Shown in pieces: positions 50,753 through 63,554 of a DNA stretch of 64,000 nt. Origin of the DNA: Felis catus (Eukaryota); assembly GCF_018350175.1 (NCBI RefSeq), contig NC_058369.1, forward strand, positions 14,572,001 to 14,636,000. The letters run 5' to 3'. A model generated the notes under the pieces. It ran no database searches. It was not told the DNA's origin and worked only from the letters and a program-made list of their open reading frames with translations. The position numbers and the translations under genes were made by a program. Each line of letters begins with the position of its first letter. Position 1 is the stretch's first letter.

Positions 50753-53658
50753 CTGCGGACACACAGAGAAAGAAGTCACTGGGAAAGCTGACCAGTAATG
50801 AGATAATGTGAGCAGATGGTGGGCACTCTCTGAGGTGCCCGTGCTCCCACTGTCCAGGAGGAACATCTCTGAGTGGCAACACGGGCCCCTGGGGCCAGGT
50901 GAGAGGCCGGGACTGAGAAGCTGGTGCTGACTGAACCGTGGACCCAGGGCAGTGGCCGCAGCGGGTGGGGGCCACCTCGGAGCCAGCCTGCCCTGTGGCA
51001 GAGGAAGGCCTGAGAGCCAGGGACGGGAAGTGGCTGGAAGGACACAGGCGCGTCGGACACGTGGAGAGACGAGCATCCACTCCCTGCAGGGGCAGGAACA
51101 GACTGAATTCTGGATTCCTCTTTAGGGAAAGTGAGAGTCAGGGAGACACATATCCCCTGGGACCCAGTAACCACATCCCTGGGAATTCGGTCTAAGGAAA
51201 GAACACACTGGATCCACAACTTATCAAAGGATGACATGGACGGACAGACAGACAGGGCAGTGGGGAGGAGCCGAGCGCTGAGCTCGGTGCCTTTTCACTT
51301 GCGCCTTGCCCCTGTCCTCAGAGCAGCTGGGGACAGCCGCCGTCACAGCCATCCTACAAGCAGGCAGGCCCGGCGGGTGCAGGAGCTGGCCCAGGGCCAA
51401 GCGGGCCGAGCCCAGAGGCCTCCAAACCTGTACCAGGACCGGGCCAGGGCTTCTCCTCCGGGGTCGTTCTCTGCGGCGGCCTGTCCTGAGCGCAGGAGGG
51501 CACTGACCAGCATCCTTGGCCTCCATCCAACCCCACCCAAGGGTTGTGACAATGGAAATTTCCCCTGGGGGCAGAATCAGTGAGACCCCAGGGCCAGCGC
51601 CTTCCACGGAGACATACACAACTAGAAACACTTTAATATCCCACAGTAAGGCCTGGGGCCCTGCCGTGAAATATATGTGGTTTAACCAACAGTCATAAAC
51701 AGTTGACTTACGGTGGCAGGGTTTCGATGACCTTTTCTTTTCTAAAAATGTATTCCTTTAATGTCCCTACATTATCTTCTGCGTTAACCATGAAAAGAAA
51801 AAGCTCTGTGTGTGCTCCTGTCCCTCAAACAGTGTCTCTTCCCTTCTGCCCCCGGGTGTGAGGGTGGCCAGAGCAGCACTTGCTTCCCACTTACCTACAC
51901 GGAATGGGCTGGAACGTCTTTGTGGAACTAAGTATGCAGAGGAATGGTAGCAAGCAGTTTTCCATGTGAATTTAACTGGCAGAGCAAACTTCGTGCGTGG
52001 GTGAGGCAGGGAGGCTGGCCCTGTCCTGGGCAGATAGGGGTCCGGGTGGCTGGGGAAAGAGCTGGTCCCGGGCCAGGGTCTGCACCCCAACATGGGCACC
52101 TCAAGCACGTGTGGGCACAGCACAGGCTCTCGGCTATCCTCTTGAACAGTGCAGCTGGGAGCCACTGGCCACCCCTACCCGGTCCCTCTGGCCCTGTCGG
52201 CCAAGCCAGCTACAGCTGCTGCCCAGGTTCCCCTCAGCACCCCATCTGAGGCTCATCCACGGCCCCTCGCCCCCTCCGGCCTCCTCAGCCTGCAGCTGCA
52301 GCTGATTCTATCTTGAGAACATCTGCGGCCTCACTTGGGACACTTGCGCTAATGGTGCCCCCCTTACTCTCTCCTCATGAGAACCTCGCGGCTTGCACAT
52401 CTGCACCCCAAATTCAGAATCCCCCCTCTGCTGACCGTCTGCCACTTCAGGCCGTCCCGGGTCACGGGGGACCCGCCACAGTGAGGAGCGGCTCCCAGCA
52501 CAGAATTCCGCTGCTCGGTCAGTGGGAGTCACCGGAAGGTGGCCAGAGCTTTTCAAGCTTTTGTTTCCAACGGACCCTCCCCTTAGACGAAGTCTAGACC
52601 CGAGACCCATCTGCTTTCCGTAGGCGCCGGGCTCTGAAACGAGTCTGGGTGTCCTCCAGACAACTGCATGAGGTGGCCGCTGCGCTTCGCAAGTGCACCT
52701 GACCTCAGCTCTGGCCTTGGTGCCGAGGACGCAGAGCAGTTCCCCAGTGAATGCAGTCAGATGTGTCAGCAAGGTCCTGCTGCCTATGTAACCCTGTGGG
52801 GCTCCTGCGTGCGCCTGTCATGAAGTCGCAGCTAGACTTGGCCCAGGCCAGGGCAGAGGCTTCTGGCTAAGGGCACAGGTTCTGAAGGCGGCCGGGCTGG
52901 GCTGGAAAGTCAGGCCCTCCAACTGCCCTTCAAAAACTGGAGGAGGGGCCGCCTCCGAGCGGAAGGTGATGCGCGATGAGCTAGAATTAGTGCCAGTCAC
53001 CCTGGGGCCACAGGCCCGGGTGCTGCCCTGCGGCGTGGCCTGCCCCGGCCTCGCACCGTCAGCTGCCTGTACTCACCATTCCCGCTGTAAACCTCCTGAG
53101 ATGTTTCTTGGGCTCTTGTCTCAGCACCACCTCCCTTGCCCCCAATTCCACCGAGAACACTGGCAGTCCAGACTCCCAGGGTCTCCCAAGGTCGTCCAGG
53201 TCCCAGCTCTGATCTGTACCACCACTCCCCATGTGGAGCCAGATGTTGCCAGATGTCCTACAACCCTGGCCACACAGTCTGGAATACCGGAGAAACAATC
53301 AAGCACCCGTGCATTCAAACCTCTCCCAGTATAGCTGAACGGGTACTTTGGCACGAGAGCTGGTCTGTCTAAATTAAGTCTTAATTTTGCCCCAAGCTCT
53401 TTTTCTTCGCCTCCGCTCACACCCTCACCTCACCTCACACAACACAGGACATCCCTGCCATACAAGCATGATATTAGACGCTAAGGACTGCAATTCACAG
53501 AGGGCCACCCTCTACACTCCACTGGTCTTGTGTCAGGGACCTCACGCGCCACCTGTGTGCTCCACACAGTTGATGAACTTCCCTGGGTGTCCTCCTCACT
53601 GGACGTGACCTTCTCCCCCTTCTATGTTCAGGAAGGCATGGCAGGAGAGGACCGTCAC

Positions 53659-53794
53659 CTGGGAGACTGTGATGCCGCCCTTCCTGGCCAGCCTTTCTTT
53701 GGCTTCTTCACTGGGATAAGGGTTGTTCAAATGGGAATAAAAATACTCATTCAGCACTTCCGTGGCCCGCTTGCTGAAATTCCGCCGCTTACGC
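53659..53794 (-). CDS. PBX4: PBX4 exon (TALE homeodomain helices 1-2)
   Basis: [45 protein letters not shown] | gtgacg, 136 nt. Confidence 0.96.
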
Positions 53795-54062
53795 CTGCAA
53801 AGATGGACAGCCTCAGCCAGTGTGTACACACTGGCCTCTAGTGATGTCCCCTCACGCCCATCTGTGATTTTCTAGCGGTTATAACAGCAGCAGTCAACAC
53901 TTCTGAATTGCCTCCCAAGAGGCTGTGTGAGGGCTATGCCCACAGCCATGGGTGGAGCCCCTGGACAGGCTCGGAGGCCCCCAGAACTTAAACCCAAGCC
54001 AGCAGCCGTTTCTTCTTCTTAAGAGCTGACCCTGGGGTTGAGGGCAGAGCTCAGGGCCTGAC

Positions 54063-54253
54063 CTGGCATCAAGGAACCGTGAACGCAGGGTCATCACGGC
54101 CTCGCAGGTGCTCTGCTTCAGCTGCATCTGGATGGCACTGAACTTGCCGTGGATGACACTGACCATGCGCTCGATCTCCTTGGGCGAGACGGGCCTCATC
54201 CTGCTCTGCTCCCGGAGAAGGTTGGTGACGTGCGTGGTGAACTCGCGGCAGGC
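54063..54253 (-). CDS. PBX4: PBX4 exon (PBC-B domain)
   Basis: [31 protein letters not shown]...[17 protein letters not shown](R) | gtcagg, 191 nt. Confidence 0.96.
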
Positions 54254-54531
54254 CTAGGGTGGGGACGCACATGCCAGCTTGTGACCACCCAGCGGGCTGG
54301 CTCGGGGCTCCACGCGGGACCAGCCACCTGCCACCCCCTGCGGCCTCCGCACAGGCTGGCTACTGAGAAGTGAATGCAAAGGGTTTCCAGCAAAATTGGC
54401 CACCTTTGCCGTGAGGCCAAGTGCGTGTACTCCCCGGTCTGTGCCACAAAAGAAAGGGGGTTAGTGTTCCACGTTTTGCTCTGACAAATGTGCATTCACA
54501 TGATAGAAACTCTTCCATGCAGAAAGATCAC

Positions 54532-54779
54532 CTGTTCATATTTCTCTAGCTCAGAGTGGTAAATCTGTCGGATCTGGGACAGCTTGGCCCTGTAGTCAGA
54601 GTGTTCAAGGCTATTGTCATTTGAACAGCCACCTGGTGTTGCTGTGTTGGCCGCTGCTACCGGGCCTCCTCTTCCTCGCCTCTCCGGCCTGGATACGCCC
54701 TCGGCCAGCAGCATGTTATCCAGCCTCATGAGCTGAGCGTTGGGGGGACATTCTTCTTGAATGCCATGGATGCTTAACC
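54532..54779 (-). CDS. PBX4: PBX4 exon (PBC domain); upstream coding exons are outside the window
   Basis: ttcttatctag | [28 protein letters not shown]...[24 protein letters not shown] | gtgatc, 248 nt. Confidence 0.95.
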
Positions 54780-55349
54780 CTAGATAAGAAAGATGGGACT
54801 AAATCAGCGTCTGCCGTCGGAGCGAAAACAACCACAACAGATTATCAGCACTGGGGTCATATCTGAACCCTCCATGTCTGAACACAGAACTCCTGAGGGG
54901 AAAGGAAGGCTTCCTTTTATCCGGTAACACACACTGAGTCACCCACTTTGATAGTGGCCCAGGTGCCACACAAGAGGGCAGTCCAGGGAGTGCAGACAGG
55001 ACACAGCTCAGTGCAGCCATGTGGGCAGAGCTCAGAGTCCATGGCTGGGTCCACACAAAGGCCTGGACAGGGCAGGTCTGGGGTGGCACATGGCCCTGGA
55101 GAAGGCTGAAGCCCTGAACCATGCCTGCAGAAGGGAGAGGAGGGCACATTTCCAGATGCTCACGCCAGGACATGGACGACTCATTCACATGGACACAAAT
55201 GTGAGTGGGAGCCTAGCGTGAGTGCAGGGCTGTGTTGGTGTGCCTGGGACTGTGTTGTTGTGTGTTGGGAGGGGAACTGCTACTATAAAGTCAGAGAGGA
55301 AAAGCTTGATCCAGAGGGTACCAGCAAAGATGAATTAATCCACTTAGAG

Positions 55350-55519
55350 AATTTTTTTGAGAGAGAGAGAGCACAAGCTGGGGAGAGAGAGACAATCTTA
55401 AGCAGACTGCACGCTCAGGGCAGTGCCCAATGCAGGACTCGATCCCATGACCCTGGGATCATGACCTGAGCCGAAATCAAGAGTTGGGCGCTCAACTGAC
55501 TGAGCCACCCAGGTGCCCC
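55350..55519 (-). mobile_element. Can-SINE
   Basis: Reverse SINE. TSD-like tccacttag on both sides. Confidence 0.85.
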
Positions 55520-56493
55520 TCCACTTAGTTTAAGCAGAGAAACAAGACATTTGGCTCCGAAACTTGAAAAAGCTGTTCCAGCTGGGCTGAGAGAGTGGCC
55601 TGCTGGAGGGCAGGGCCAGACAGGCAGGGGAGGCAGTGGGGAGAGCTGTCCCCATCCAGGTGGACACAGAGCAGCCGCAGGGCAGCCAGAGGGAGAGTCC
55701 CCAGGATCCCTGACCACTGGATGTGGCTGTGAGAGAAAGAGGCCAGGGCAACTCCCAAATCATGTGGGCAGCACGATAGATGGCACCACATTCTCCCAAG
55801 CACAGTATGCAGAGTGGCAGGTGGAAAGGCTGACCCAGCCTGGGTCCCTGACCTAGCCAAGCACAGATGTGAAGTCGCTGCTTACTGGGAGTTGGGATTG
55901 AGCTGGCCAGTCTGGGTGGGAGACAGGTATTCATGTGTCATCGGCATGTGGGGTGTTCGTATCCACCTGTGCCTGCACCTGTACTTATGAGAGGTAGGCC
56001 ACGCCCCCTGAGTGCTGGAAAACCAACATAAGGGACGGGAAAAGGAGGAGATGGAAAGAATTACCGGGTAGGTCGAGGAAAAAAGAGAAGTAGTCATGGG
56101 GGTGAAATGTGGGAGTAGTCATTAGACCGCTGTTGCTCTCTGCAAAAGCAGCTGTGGGGTATGGCAGGGGAGAACCCAACTAGAAAGCTCCAGGGGACCA
56201 TGGGAGGCAGGCAGTGAAGGGGGGTGGGTGGGGAGAAGGCTGCTGCAGGGGCTGTAGACCCAGGCTCAGATCCGAGGAGGGTGGGCTTGCAGGACCTGAG
56301 TTTTGTTTGCTTCTTTAGTGACAGCACAAGTGTCCGTGGCTACAGAGAAATAGGTGGGTGATGGTTGCGGAGGTCGGGTGGGGGGGGCGTCCTTGAGGGG
56401 AGGGAGGCAGGGAATGGGGAAGAAAGCGATGATGTCCATCTAGTTCTGACTTTCCAGAAAAACAAAGTTTAAAGGGTTTTCTTAGTGGGGGTG

Positions 56494-56675
56494 GGGGCGC
56501 CTAGGTGGCTCATTTGGTTAAGGGTCCTACTTCGTGGGTTTGAACCCCGCGTCAGGCTCTGCGCTGACAGCTCAGAGCCTGGAGCCTGCTTCAGATTCTG
56601 TGTCTCCCTCTCTCTGTCCCTCCCTCTCTCACACTCTTTCTGTCTCAAAAATAAATAAATGTTAAAAAAAAAATT
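56494..56675 (+). mobile_element. Can-SINE (small internal deletion)
   Basis: ggggcgcctaggtggctca head, ctcagagcctggagcctgcttcagattctg body, A tail. Confidence 0.88.
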
Positions 56676-58090
56676 AAAGTGTCTTCTTGGGAACTGGCTC
56701 TTTTAATACTATCAACTACTGACTTAAGCCCTCAAATAAGAAAGAAGTCAAGCCCTGTCATAGATATTTATTTACATATCACTGTCCCTCTCCTGTTCCC
56801 TGCATAAAGGATTAACCTTTTCTGCCTAAAATTTACTTGTGAAACCATAAAGAGCTCAGAAGATATCCTTGTAGGAATGTCCCTCATGTGTGGGGACGCT
56901 TGCCATCTACTCAGTCCCACTGGGTTGCAGTGGGGGACTTTCTGAAAGCACGGAGGGGAAAGTGACACCTTCATCGGTTCCCCACTAGAGAAGTGGAGAC
57001 CCAATTCTCTCATAATCTTACTTGATGTTCAAGAGGCACCAGAGGTGAATTTTAGTTCCTGGGCTCAACCAGGACAGGGCTCACAGGGCTGCACACACCC
57101 ACCATCTGGTTCTTGCAGAGTTAACCTGCACTGCCTGGTCTGTGTACAGGCCCTGCCCCCCTCACCGCCTCACCTCTTCTTGCCCAGAGTAGATAATGGA
57201 GGCCCTCCTGCTCAGTCCCTTTTCAAATCCTATGGACTCCACCTCCTCAATCAACTCACCATCCATCCCCTCCCTTAATGCCATTCCTGGGCCCTGCTGT
57301 GCTGACCCCTCCCCGGCCCTCCATGATCTGCTGAGAAAATCCCTCTCTCTGTCCCATCCATCATGCACACCTGCAAGCTGACCACCTTCAAACACGGTGT
57401 TCATCGTGCCAGTCTTTGGTTCGAAGACCTCAACAACTCCCTGGCATCCACAGGTAAAATCTGGAATCTGACACCAGGCACTCATGGACTTGCCTGACGT
57501 CTCTCCAGACTCACCTTTGTGAACTTTTCCTCTGCTGGGCCCTGCACACCACCCTTTGTCAGCACGGCGGACACCGCTCCTGTCTCGTGTTTATTTCGCA
57601 GCTCCTCCCTGAGTGCCCGTGGCCCAGGTAGGGGATCGGGAGTGGGCCAAGAGGAACACACAAGGCCCGATCCTTCCCCAGGGGACCCCCAGCATGTCCT
57701 GGCGTCCATGGTGGAGAGGCTATCTCCACCTCTTCCATTATGACTTCAACTGAATTAGGGAAAAGAGCGGACAGGGTTGGAGCATGAGGTTTAGTGAAGG
57801 CGTGTGTGTGCACGCAGAGGTGTGGGCGCACGTGAGGGTAAATGGGTGCGTGTGTACACACGTGTATGTGTGACTCTGGGCTGATCCAGGGAGTGTGGCA
57901 ATCTTTCTCATATTCTTTTATCTACCCAACAGCAAGCATCTAAGAGCCCATCACAAGCTGGGTACCACACCAGGTGCAGAAGATTTTTAAAAATACACCA
58001 AAAACATGGTGCTTGCTGTTCTCAAATGAAAATTATCAAATTACAGAGAATACCCAAGCCTTTTCTCACATCTATCTATAGGTATGTATT

Positions 58091-58275
58091 TTTAATGTTT
58101 GTTTATTTTTTTGAAGGGGGTGGAGGGGCAGAGAGAGAGGGAGACACAGAACATGAAGCAGGTTCCAAGCTCTGAGCTGTCAGCACAGAGCCCGACGCGG
58201 GGCTCAAACCCACAAACCGTGAGATCATCACCTGAGCCGAAGTCAGATGCTTAACCGACTGAGCCACCCAGGCGC
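58091..58275 (-). mobile_element. Can-SINE (left member of a head-to-head pair)
   Basis: Reverse SINE ending gagccacccaggcgc. Confidence 0.9.
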
Positions 58276-58356
58276 TTTTCAATGTGCTTTTTCACTGTTA
58301 ACCAGCATTTCAAAACTCAGCTCCAAAAATGACTGCATCAATACATACCTATAGAT

Positions 58357-58489
58357 GGGGCGCCTGGGTGGCTCAGTTGGTTAAGCATCTGACTTTGGCT
58401 CAGGTCATGATCTCATGGTTTGTGGGTTTGAGCCCGCGTCGGGCTCTGTGCTGACAGCTCAGAGCCTGGAGCCTGCTTTGGATTCTGTG

Positions 58490-58540
<51 letters not shown>

Positions 58541-58620
58541 GCCCCTCCCCTGTTCACGTTCTCTCTCTCTGTCAAAAATAAGTAAACATTAAAAAAATAA
58601 AAAAAAAGAAAAAAAGAAAA
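58357..58620 (+). mobile_element. Can-SINE (right member of a head-to-head pair)
   Basis: ggggcgcctgggtggctcag head, long (CT)n, A tail. Confidence 0.9.
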
Positions 58621-59466
58621 AGGACATATCCTTTGATCTCCAAATTACTATTCTGAGAACGTGTCCTACAGGAACACTGACACCTACAGGTGTATACTCT
58701 ACCTACAAAAGTACAAATGGTGAATATTGTACTTTTGAAAAACTGAAAGCACCTAGATGTCCATGAATAAGGAGACAACATGCCTGTCACACCTCAGGCC
58801 TTGTGGTATTAACCATGCATACGCCTTGAGGTGCTGTTTTGGTAAGCAATCACACACTACAAGCTTTATTTCTTTAAGGCCGATCACTTTTGCAAATGAG
58901 TAAAAGCAAAACCAAAAAAAAAAAAAAAGTTACCCCGCGCTTTGGTCATCACGGCCAATCATAGCTGCGGATATGGCTGTGCAGAGTACATGTGTCTGGC
59001 TGTCACTTTACCTGCTTGCAAAGTGCCCTGTGCCCTTCGTCAGCTGCCCCTCCAGTGCAGCTCTGTCTCTCCCTCGGCACCAAGCGTCTGTCCTCCCAGG
59101 GCACCGCAACGGGCCTAATTAGGGTCATTAGTTACTCATTACCGTCAATTACAGCAAGATCATTCCCGTAGCCTGTTCCAGAGCATCTCAGACTACTTCT
59201 CAGCTCCCTCAAGGGCCCTCCACTGGTGCCTGGGAGGCCTTGGGGACCAGGAGCTTAGCTCAGGGACACTGTCTGTCAGAGGAACTTAGAAGAGGAGGTA
59301 GGACCTAAAATAAAGCCCCTCAACACCTGCCCCCCCACCCAGCCAATTGCCAGATTTCCTTCTGTTCCCAACTTCCTGAAGGTGATAAAAACCCTAGCGA
59401 ATCAAACAATGAAAACTGTGAGTATCAACACATTTTGTTTGTTTTTTTAAAGAAATAATATGGAAC

Positions 59467-59729
59467 TGCTATGGACTGAACTGTGTTTAAGCCCTAGTTC
59501 ACATGTTGAAGCCCCAACTCCAATGTGACTGTATTTGGAGACAAGACCTGTGAGGAGGTAATTAAGATTGAACGAGGTTGGGGGGTGTCTGGGTGGCTCA
59601 GTTGGCGAAGCATCCAACTCAAGTCATGATCTCAGGGTTCGTGAGGCCCGCACTGCAGAGCCTGCTTGGGATTCTATCTCTCTGTCTCTCTGCCTGCGCT
59701 CTCTCTCTTTCTCACTCTCACTCTCAAAA

Positions 59730-59788
<59 letters not shown>

Positions 59789-60055
59789 AACTTAAAAAAA
59801 AAATTGAATGAGGTTGTAAGAGTGTAATGAGGATGCTCTCATCCTAGGCCTGTGGCCTTCTGAGAAGAGGAAGAGAGCCCTCCCATTCCCCCAACCTCAG
59901 TCTGAGGAACAGGCAAGAAGGCGGCTGTCTGCAGGCCTGGAAGTGGCCCTCACTAGGAACCAAATCAGCTGGCACCTTGACCTTGGACTTCCAGACTCCA
60001 GAATTGTGAGAAAATAAATGCCTGTTGTTTAAGCCACCCCAAGCAGACTAAGACA
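59467..60055 (+). mobile_element. MaLR solo LTR (MLT1A-like) interrupted by a SINE
   Basis: Starts tgctatggactgaa, ends gcagactaagaca. Internal gctggcaccttgaccttggacttccagactccagaattgtgagaaaataaat is diagnostic. Confidence 0.85.
59581..59802 (+). mobile_element. Can-SINE with expanded (TAAA)n tail
   Basis: TSD attgaaYgaggttgt on both sides, about 15 TAAA units. Confidence 0.88.
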
Positions 60056-61589
60056 GGAACGTGATCCCAAGTTGTTTTTATTTTTCTCTCCTTAATGGAA
60101 CAAACATATGGCTGCTGGGGGAGACGGAAGGCTCAGAGGGGAAGCCTCCTTCCCCCTGACGCCCCCATACTGCTTGCCCAGCCTTTCGCCCATTCAGGAG
60201 TGCTCTGGCTTGGCAGCAAAACCGTGTAGCAGCTTCGTCCCGGGCCAGGGTGGGAGTCTGGGCAGAGCCGTCTCCGGGACCCATACCCCTGTGGGAGGCA
60301 GTCTAACCCATGAGCTGAGCCCCAGAGGCCGCCGATGCCCCTAACTGGCCTGACCGCATGGCTGTGACTGTGTCACCCTGTAAACGTATAAATGAGTAAA
60401 TGGCCACAGCTCTCCCTGAGCACCTGATGGGATGGGGTGACACAGGACAGGCCTGGCCTGGAGCCTGCCAGGATGCGGGCTTCCTCCCTGCTGCCCTCAA
60501 TGGGAAGGGCCCTAGACCCTCAGAAGCCTGCCCCCCACTCCCACACAGTGGGGTCTCCACCACCCGCCGGCTGGCTGGCTGAAGCTGACAATGTGCAACT
60601 GAAAGATGCACCAAAGCCGAGAGAGAGGCGGCAATCGAACGGCTTTCTGAGGAGCCTTTTGATGAAAGAAAGCCCAAGCCTGGTGTTGGGACGTCAGGGT
60701 TATGGTCTTGAGCCCCAGAATCTTGAGAACACACCCACACACTGAAGGAAGGCGAGCGGGCGAGAGCAGGAGGTGGCCTGACTCTTCTTAGAGAACCCGA
60801 GCCCCCCACACCCTTCCGAATCCGGCCCTGAGAAGCTCCTGACCTTCTCCGTTGCTGCTTGCTCCCCTCACCCACTCAGCTCCAGCCTGGCCAGGAACAC
60901 CAAGCTTTGCCTGCCCTCTCAGACCCCTTCCCAGCAAGGAAGGGAAGGTGTGCCATCAGGCAGGTAGAGGCCCACCCGGTCGAGGTGTAGAGGCCACAGC
61001 CCTGAAGCTGTACGTCTGCCTCTATTATCATTGTGTGAAACTACCCAGCTCACTAAAGGCCATCACTGTCCTGTCTGCTCCTTGGAACATGCCCGGCTTC
61101 ACAGAATCACGTTCCAAAAATAGGAACTTGTGCGAAGAAATCTCTCCCCCCAGGCTACCAGGCCATTTTATGGCTACCAGGCTCTCCAGGAAGACAGACC
61201 CCCTTTCCTTCAACAAACTGCTTCAGAGAAGAGACCCAGGAGAAGCCACACTCACTGTATGGAGACCTCAAGACAGGAGCTCATAAGGAAGTCACGACCC
61301 AGCCTCATTCATGTACAGACAGCCAGATGTCTGACTAAATGACCAGCAATCTGAAGCCAGCAGCATCCATGTACATGTACATGCATAAATATACGAATCA
61401 GAGCCAAGAAGCTTGACCTCTGCATCTGGGTGCTTTCAAACTGTGTCTGTGTCAATAATCCGTGTAAATGAAAATCTACCAATGTAAATCATCACAGCAA
61501 CCTAAAGGAGGAAAATAACTCAAAAGATACAAAAAGAAAAAAAAATCAACTAAAACAATACTTACTAATGATAAAAACCCTTGGCAAAC

Positions 61590-61753
61590 TGGGGTGGCCT
61601 CGTTTTGGCTCAGCTGGCGGAGCATGTGACTCTTGATCTCACCCCACATTGGGTGGAGAGATTGCTTAAAAATAAACCCTTTATTATTATTATTGTTATT
61701 ATTTCTTTTTTTTTTTTTTTTGAGAGAGAGAGAGAGTGGGGTAGAGGAGCAGA

Positions 61754-61805
<52 letters not shown>

Positions 61806-61818
61806 GAGGAGAAGGAGA

Positions 61819-61854
<36 letters not shown>

Positions 61855-62025
61855 GGGAGAGGGAGAGAGGGAGAGAGAACCCCAAGCAGGCTCCATGCCC
61901 AGCGCAGAGCCCGACATGGGGCTCGATCCCATGACCCTGGGATCATGACCTGAGCTGAAATCAAGAGTCAGACATTCAACCAATTGAGTCACCCAGGCAT
62001 CCCCAAAATAAAATCTTTAAAAAAA
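61590..62025. mobile_element. Short + strand SINE with an inverted Can-SINE (about 61700-62004, long GA tract) in its tail
   Basis: Two SINE heads in opposite orientation. aaccYtWgcaaac-like sequence duplicated at the flanks. Confidence 0.8.
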
Positions 62026-62767
62026 AGTAACCTTAGCAAACCATGAATAGAAAGAACCCTCCTTAAGCTGCTAACAAGCATCTCGTCAGACCACAAAGCA
62101 CACTTGGACTTACTGGGGACCCCTTAGAAGCACTCCTTCAAGTCAGACACGGGCAAGGAGGCCTCTCCTCAGCTCTGTCCTCAGGTGCCGGTGGAGAGGA
62201 TGAGACCAGGAGTCTGGGAGGGACAGATAGTCAAGGTAAGGATGGGAGATGTGACCAATTCAAAGGCTGAAGGATGTCCCTGTGTCCCTGCAGTGGCCCA
62301 GGGACTCACCAACAATGCCCTTTTCATCCTCCATCCCACCCCAAACCAAACTCCAGGTTGGTTCTTCATTGAACAATGGCATTCTAACCATCTGGCACAG
62401 TTTGCCCCTCACACTACTCTACCAAGGGCCCTTTTATATTCTTATTTCCTGGGGATAATGGCCCTGAGTTCTTCACTCTAAGTGAGGACACTTTCAAGCA
62501 CAGCCTGTTGGTGTTGAGACCTGCCTGCATTTACTTGTCAGGCAATGTATCCTAGGGCAGCTCATTTAAGCAGCACTCGAGATAAATCCATGTTGTAAGT
62601 CCCTGAACTTTCTCAGTCTTATAGGATCTTATGGAGAATATCCCTTTAACAAACACTCATCTGAAATCATGACTGCCACGCACACTAGATAGTTACCAAA
62701 TTGAGGAAGTACGTTATGCAAATTCCCACCATTTCTAATGAATCTTTAATTAACATACATCACAACC

Positions 62768-62990
62768 AGGGCACCTGGGTGGCTCAGTCGGTTGGGCATC
62801 TGACTTTGGCTGTGGTCATGATCTCACAGTCCGTGAGTTCGAGCCCCGCGTCAGGCTCTGTGCTGACAGCTCAGAGCCTGGAGCCTGCTTCGGGTTCTGT
62901 GTCTCCCTCTCTCTCTGCCCCTCCCCTGCTCATGCTCTGTCTCTCTCTGTCTCAAAAATAAATAAACGTTAAAAATTTTTTTAAAAATGC
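62768..62990 (+). mobile_element. Can-SINE
   Basis: Full-length, TSD-like catcRcaacc. Confidence 0.9.
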
Positions 62991-63334
62991 ATCGCAACCT
63001 AAGTGCTTAAACCTCAACCAAATATGCAAATTAATTTTCATTTCACTATATTTATGCATTTATTAAAACTCTGCAGTTCTGTAATAAACTACTATATGAA
63101 GTAAAAATGATATGCAGCTTATTTAGGTTTGTCTTCGTTGCATGTCTTCGTTGCAACAGGCAAAAGGAAAAGACAGCAAAATGCTGTAATATACAACACG
63201 GCCAGGTAAAAGGTGTAGAAAATTGGTCCATGCTCTCCTATAATGACAAGGCTTTGAGAACATTTAACAGCAACAGCTAAAAAAACACTTACTGATGATT
63301 TCTGTCTACATTAAACAATTTCATCTTTTTATCA

Positions 63335-63554
63335 TTTTATTATTTTTTTAAGTTTATTTTGAGAAAGAGCGAGAAAGAGAGAAGAAACATGAGAGGGGGA
63401 GGGGCAGAGAGAGAGGGAGAAAGAGAATCCCAAGCCATCTCAGTACTGTGAGCACAGAACCCTATGCGAGGCTCGATGTCACAAACTAGGAGATCATGAT
63501 CTGAGCCAAAATCAAGAGTCGGATGCTCAACCGACTGAGCTACCAAGGCACCCC
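63335..63554 (-). mobile_element. Can-SINE
   Basis: Reverse SINE ending gctaccaaggcacccc. Confidence 0.88.

Noticed and set aside
63130..63155. 13-bp tandem duplication TGTCTTCGTTGCA x2
   Set aside because: Ordinary slippage duplication with no sign of function.
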